A stretch of 62,610 nt of DNA, counting the filler, from Globobulimina sp. (taxonomy: Eukaryota), in the NCBI GenBank assembly GCA_003354225.1. It is 31 parts of 31 records of this genome, joined end to end, with 100 filler letters (N's around TTAATTAATTAA, not from the genome) between each part and the next. Parts side by side here need not be neighbours in the genome. Positions count along the whole stretch, not along the records: positions 60,690 to 62,610 come from PIVH01010573.1; 30 more parts are not named here. One strand, written 5' to 3'. The notes beneath the pieces were generated by a model that was not told the origin of the DNA, did no database searches, and was given only the letters and a program-made list of their open reading frames with translations. The first letter of the stretch is position 1. Every line of letters begins with the position of its first letter. The position numbers and the translations under genes were made by a program. Below, in pieces: positions 60,690-62,610 of the stretch.

Positions 60690-61471
60690 CTTTTTTCCTC
60701 GGTTTTTTAATTATTTTCCTATGGTCTCCTATATCAATGTCGATATCATCTGTCTCCTCATCCTCGTCGTCATTGCCATGGCCAATTTTATCCGCAGATG
60801 GATCGTCCTCATCGCCCTCCTCGTCATTACTCGATTGTTCCTCGGATGAAATGTCATAAAATGCAAACTTTTCAGTTCTTAAATTGAGCCATTCCTTATC
60901 GCCATCTCTGTATTTGACTAAAATTGGTTTTTGTTTCGATTCATTTATGGATGAAACGACACCGCGATAAAATTTCTTATCCAACGGCCAGTATACTTTG
61001 ATTTTTTTGTTTAAGATTGCTTTGTTCCATAACGGGCTGAACTTTTCCTCCTGTTTTGGTTTTCGTCGCTTACGTTTTGGTTTTGCAAATTCGGGTTCAT
61101 TCTTTTTTTTATTTTTTGGTGATTTGGTTTGTTTTTTGTGTGATTGTATTTTTTTAATGGAGGCGTGAAGTAATTTGGATGCTCGCTCTTCAAACTGTTG
61201 GTCTTGATCGTACATTGCGGCATAAAGTGTTCTGAGCTCGTTCCGTAAATCTGAGGGCGATGTGATTGATTCTATTTCATTTAGTTTGAGTTTCTATTTA
61301 TTTGTTTGTTTGTTGTGTGTTTATTGTGTTTTGTTTTTTGATTCATACTCAACTCACATTGGACCTCACAGAACGATGCAAAATGTATGCCAACTCGTCT
61401 TGTGTTGCTTTGTGTTGTGCTTTGTTTGATTCCATAATGAATTGCGAATCTAGTTTAGAATTATCTGCCAT
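60690..61471 (-). CDS. Tudor-domain (PDS5/MSH6-type) nuclear protein, spliced, 3' truncated
   Basis: KIKVYWPLDKKFYRGVV...VKYRDGDKEWLNL; basic NLS-like and acidic tracts. Confidence 0.75.
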
Positions 61472-61636
61472 GGTTTGGAGTCGGTCACTGCGCAAAAAAA
61501 CTTTCAAACAACTACTAAATACTTTGCTCGTGGATGTTAATGGTGCGCGTGTCAACAAATATTAATTATAAAAAATAGAGTAAGGGTAATTGAATTATAT
61601 AAACAAATACATTGAGTATTAAACTAAAAAGGCACT

Positions 61637-62314
61637 ATGGAAGGGGATCATGTACATTCTAATATTATTTATGAGTTTGAATTGATATCAACGGGAGAGC
61701 CAACAATACACATTACAGAAGGACCAAAGGCTTTTTTTATGGACGATAATAAAATAAAAATTGATATTTTGGATAAGTTAAATTCTAAATGGGAGGACAT
61801 TGGTGATCTCGATCCAGACTTGCAAAATTCCATTAAATCCATGCGGCCAAAATTTCAAAAAATATTAACAATCGTAATTGGAATTGATGTTTTACTCACA
61901 GCAGCTTTAGTTATTTTGTTAAAAACTGTTCTAAACTCATACGAAAATCTCGTTTGGTATGGCCTGATTTTGATCGGTGTTATCCAAACTGTTGTTATTT
62001 TATGGTATATACATCGCGTAATGTCGCAACATACCATAAATATGAATAAATGGAGAAAATTGTTTAATAATCAAATGAGATATTATGTTGAAACTATATT
62101 AAATCCAACGTATACACATATTAATTCAAACTATGTCATACGAGCACACAAAAAAGTGCATAAACTGTATATTGTATTGTCTTATTCAACGGGATATAGT
62201 GAGGACGATAAATCATCGATTTTAAATTTCGAAAATGTTAATCACAACAAACCATTGTTGCGTAATGGTTTAAAAGACACAAAGGATCGTAATATTTATT
62301 ATTCATCCATTTAA
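61637..62314 (+). CDS. Two-TM hypothetical protein; start of a tandem paralog at about 62409-62610
   Basis: Two TM segments; HSNIIYEFELISTG...HITEGPK recurs as HSRIIYEFELSTG...HVTEGPK. Confidence 0.55.
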   Translation: MEGDHVHSNIIYEFELISTGEPTIHITEGPKAFFMDDNKIKIDILDKLNSKWEDIGDLDPDLQNSIKSMRPKFQKILTIVIGIDVLLTAALVILLKTVLNSYENLVWYGLILIGVIQTVVILWYIHRVMSQHTINMNKWRKLFNNQMRYYVETILNPTYTHINSNYVIRAHKKVHKLYIVLSYSTGYSEDDKSSILNFENVNHNKPLLRNGLKDTKDRNIYYSSI

Positions 62315-62610
62315 ACTTATAATTATATTTATTGTCAGTTTTTGTAGTTTCTTCTGATCGAGAAATGTGTTTTTGTAGTTTCTCATAAATGTTTTTTCTG
62401 TTTCTCAGATGAGACACACTGACACAGTGATGTCAGAGGATTTGCCAGTATTAGTGGAGCATTCGAGGATTATCTATGAATTTGAACTATCAACGGGATT
62501 TAATTTGTGTTTATCGCAGAAAAAGGTGAGGTATATTCATGTAACAGAAGGACCCAAATCAATCCGTATGATGAACCATTCGATCCAGACAAAATTATTA
62601 CGGAAAATTG

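Overview
This window is not contiguous genome. It is 31 unrelated contigs of about 1.92 kb, sorted by decreasing length (1924 to 1921 bp) and joined by an artificial 100-bp linker (44 N + TTAATTAATTAA + 44 N, stops in all six frames). Adjacency across linkers therefore has no biological meaning. Most contigs come from an AT-rich microbial eukaryote with short GT-AG introns; the gene style suggests a rhizarian such as a foraminiferan (inference). Recognisable genes include CUL4, TRM112, a TEY-type MAPK, a BEACH-WD40 protein, a USP, RBR ligases, a CAP-Gly protein, GGT, FSH1, a SET protein, an amidase, a PPR protein, RPA1, GCN1, BUB3/RAE1, mitochondrial L12, DCAF13/SOF1, and tandem tRNA-Gly(GCC) and tRNA-Ser(AGA). 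Four contigs carry pieces of a DIRS/Ngaro-type tyrosine-recombinase (YR) retrotransposon family. In it the YR has YxxR in place of HxxR, and two divergent copies have a splice-acceptor-like site at the same position and phase ahead of the YR. One contig hides a PRP6 fragment that reads open only if TAA/TAG are sense (likely Gln), so it comes from a second eukaryote with a non-standard code. One contig is bacterial, and one has an exact 119-bp terminal repeat plus a 28-bp-TIR foldback element.
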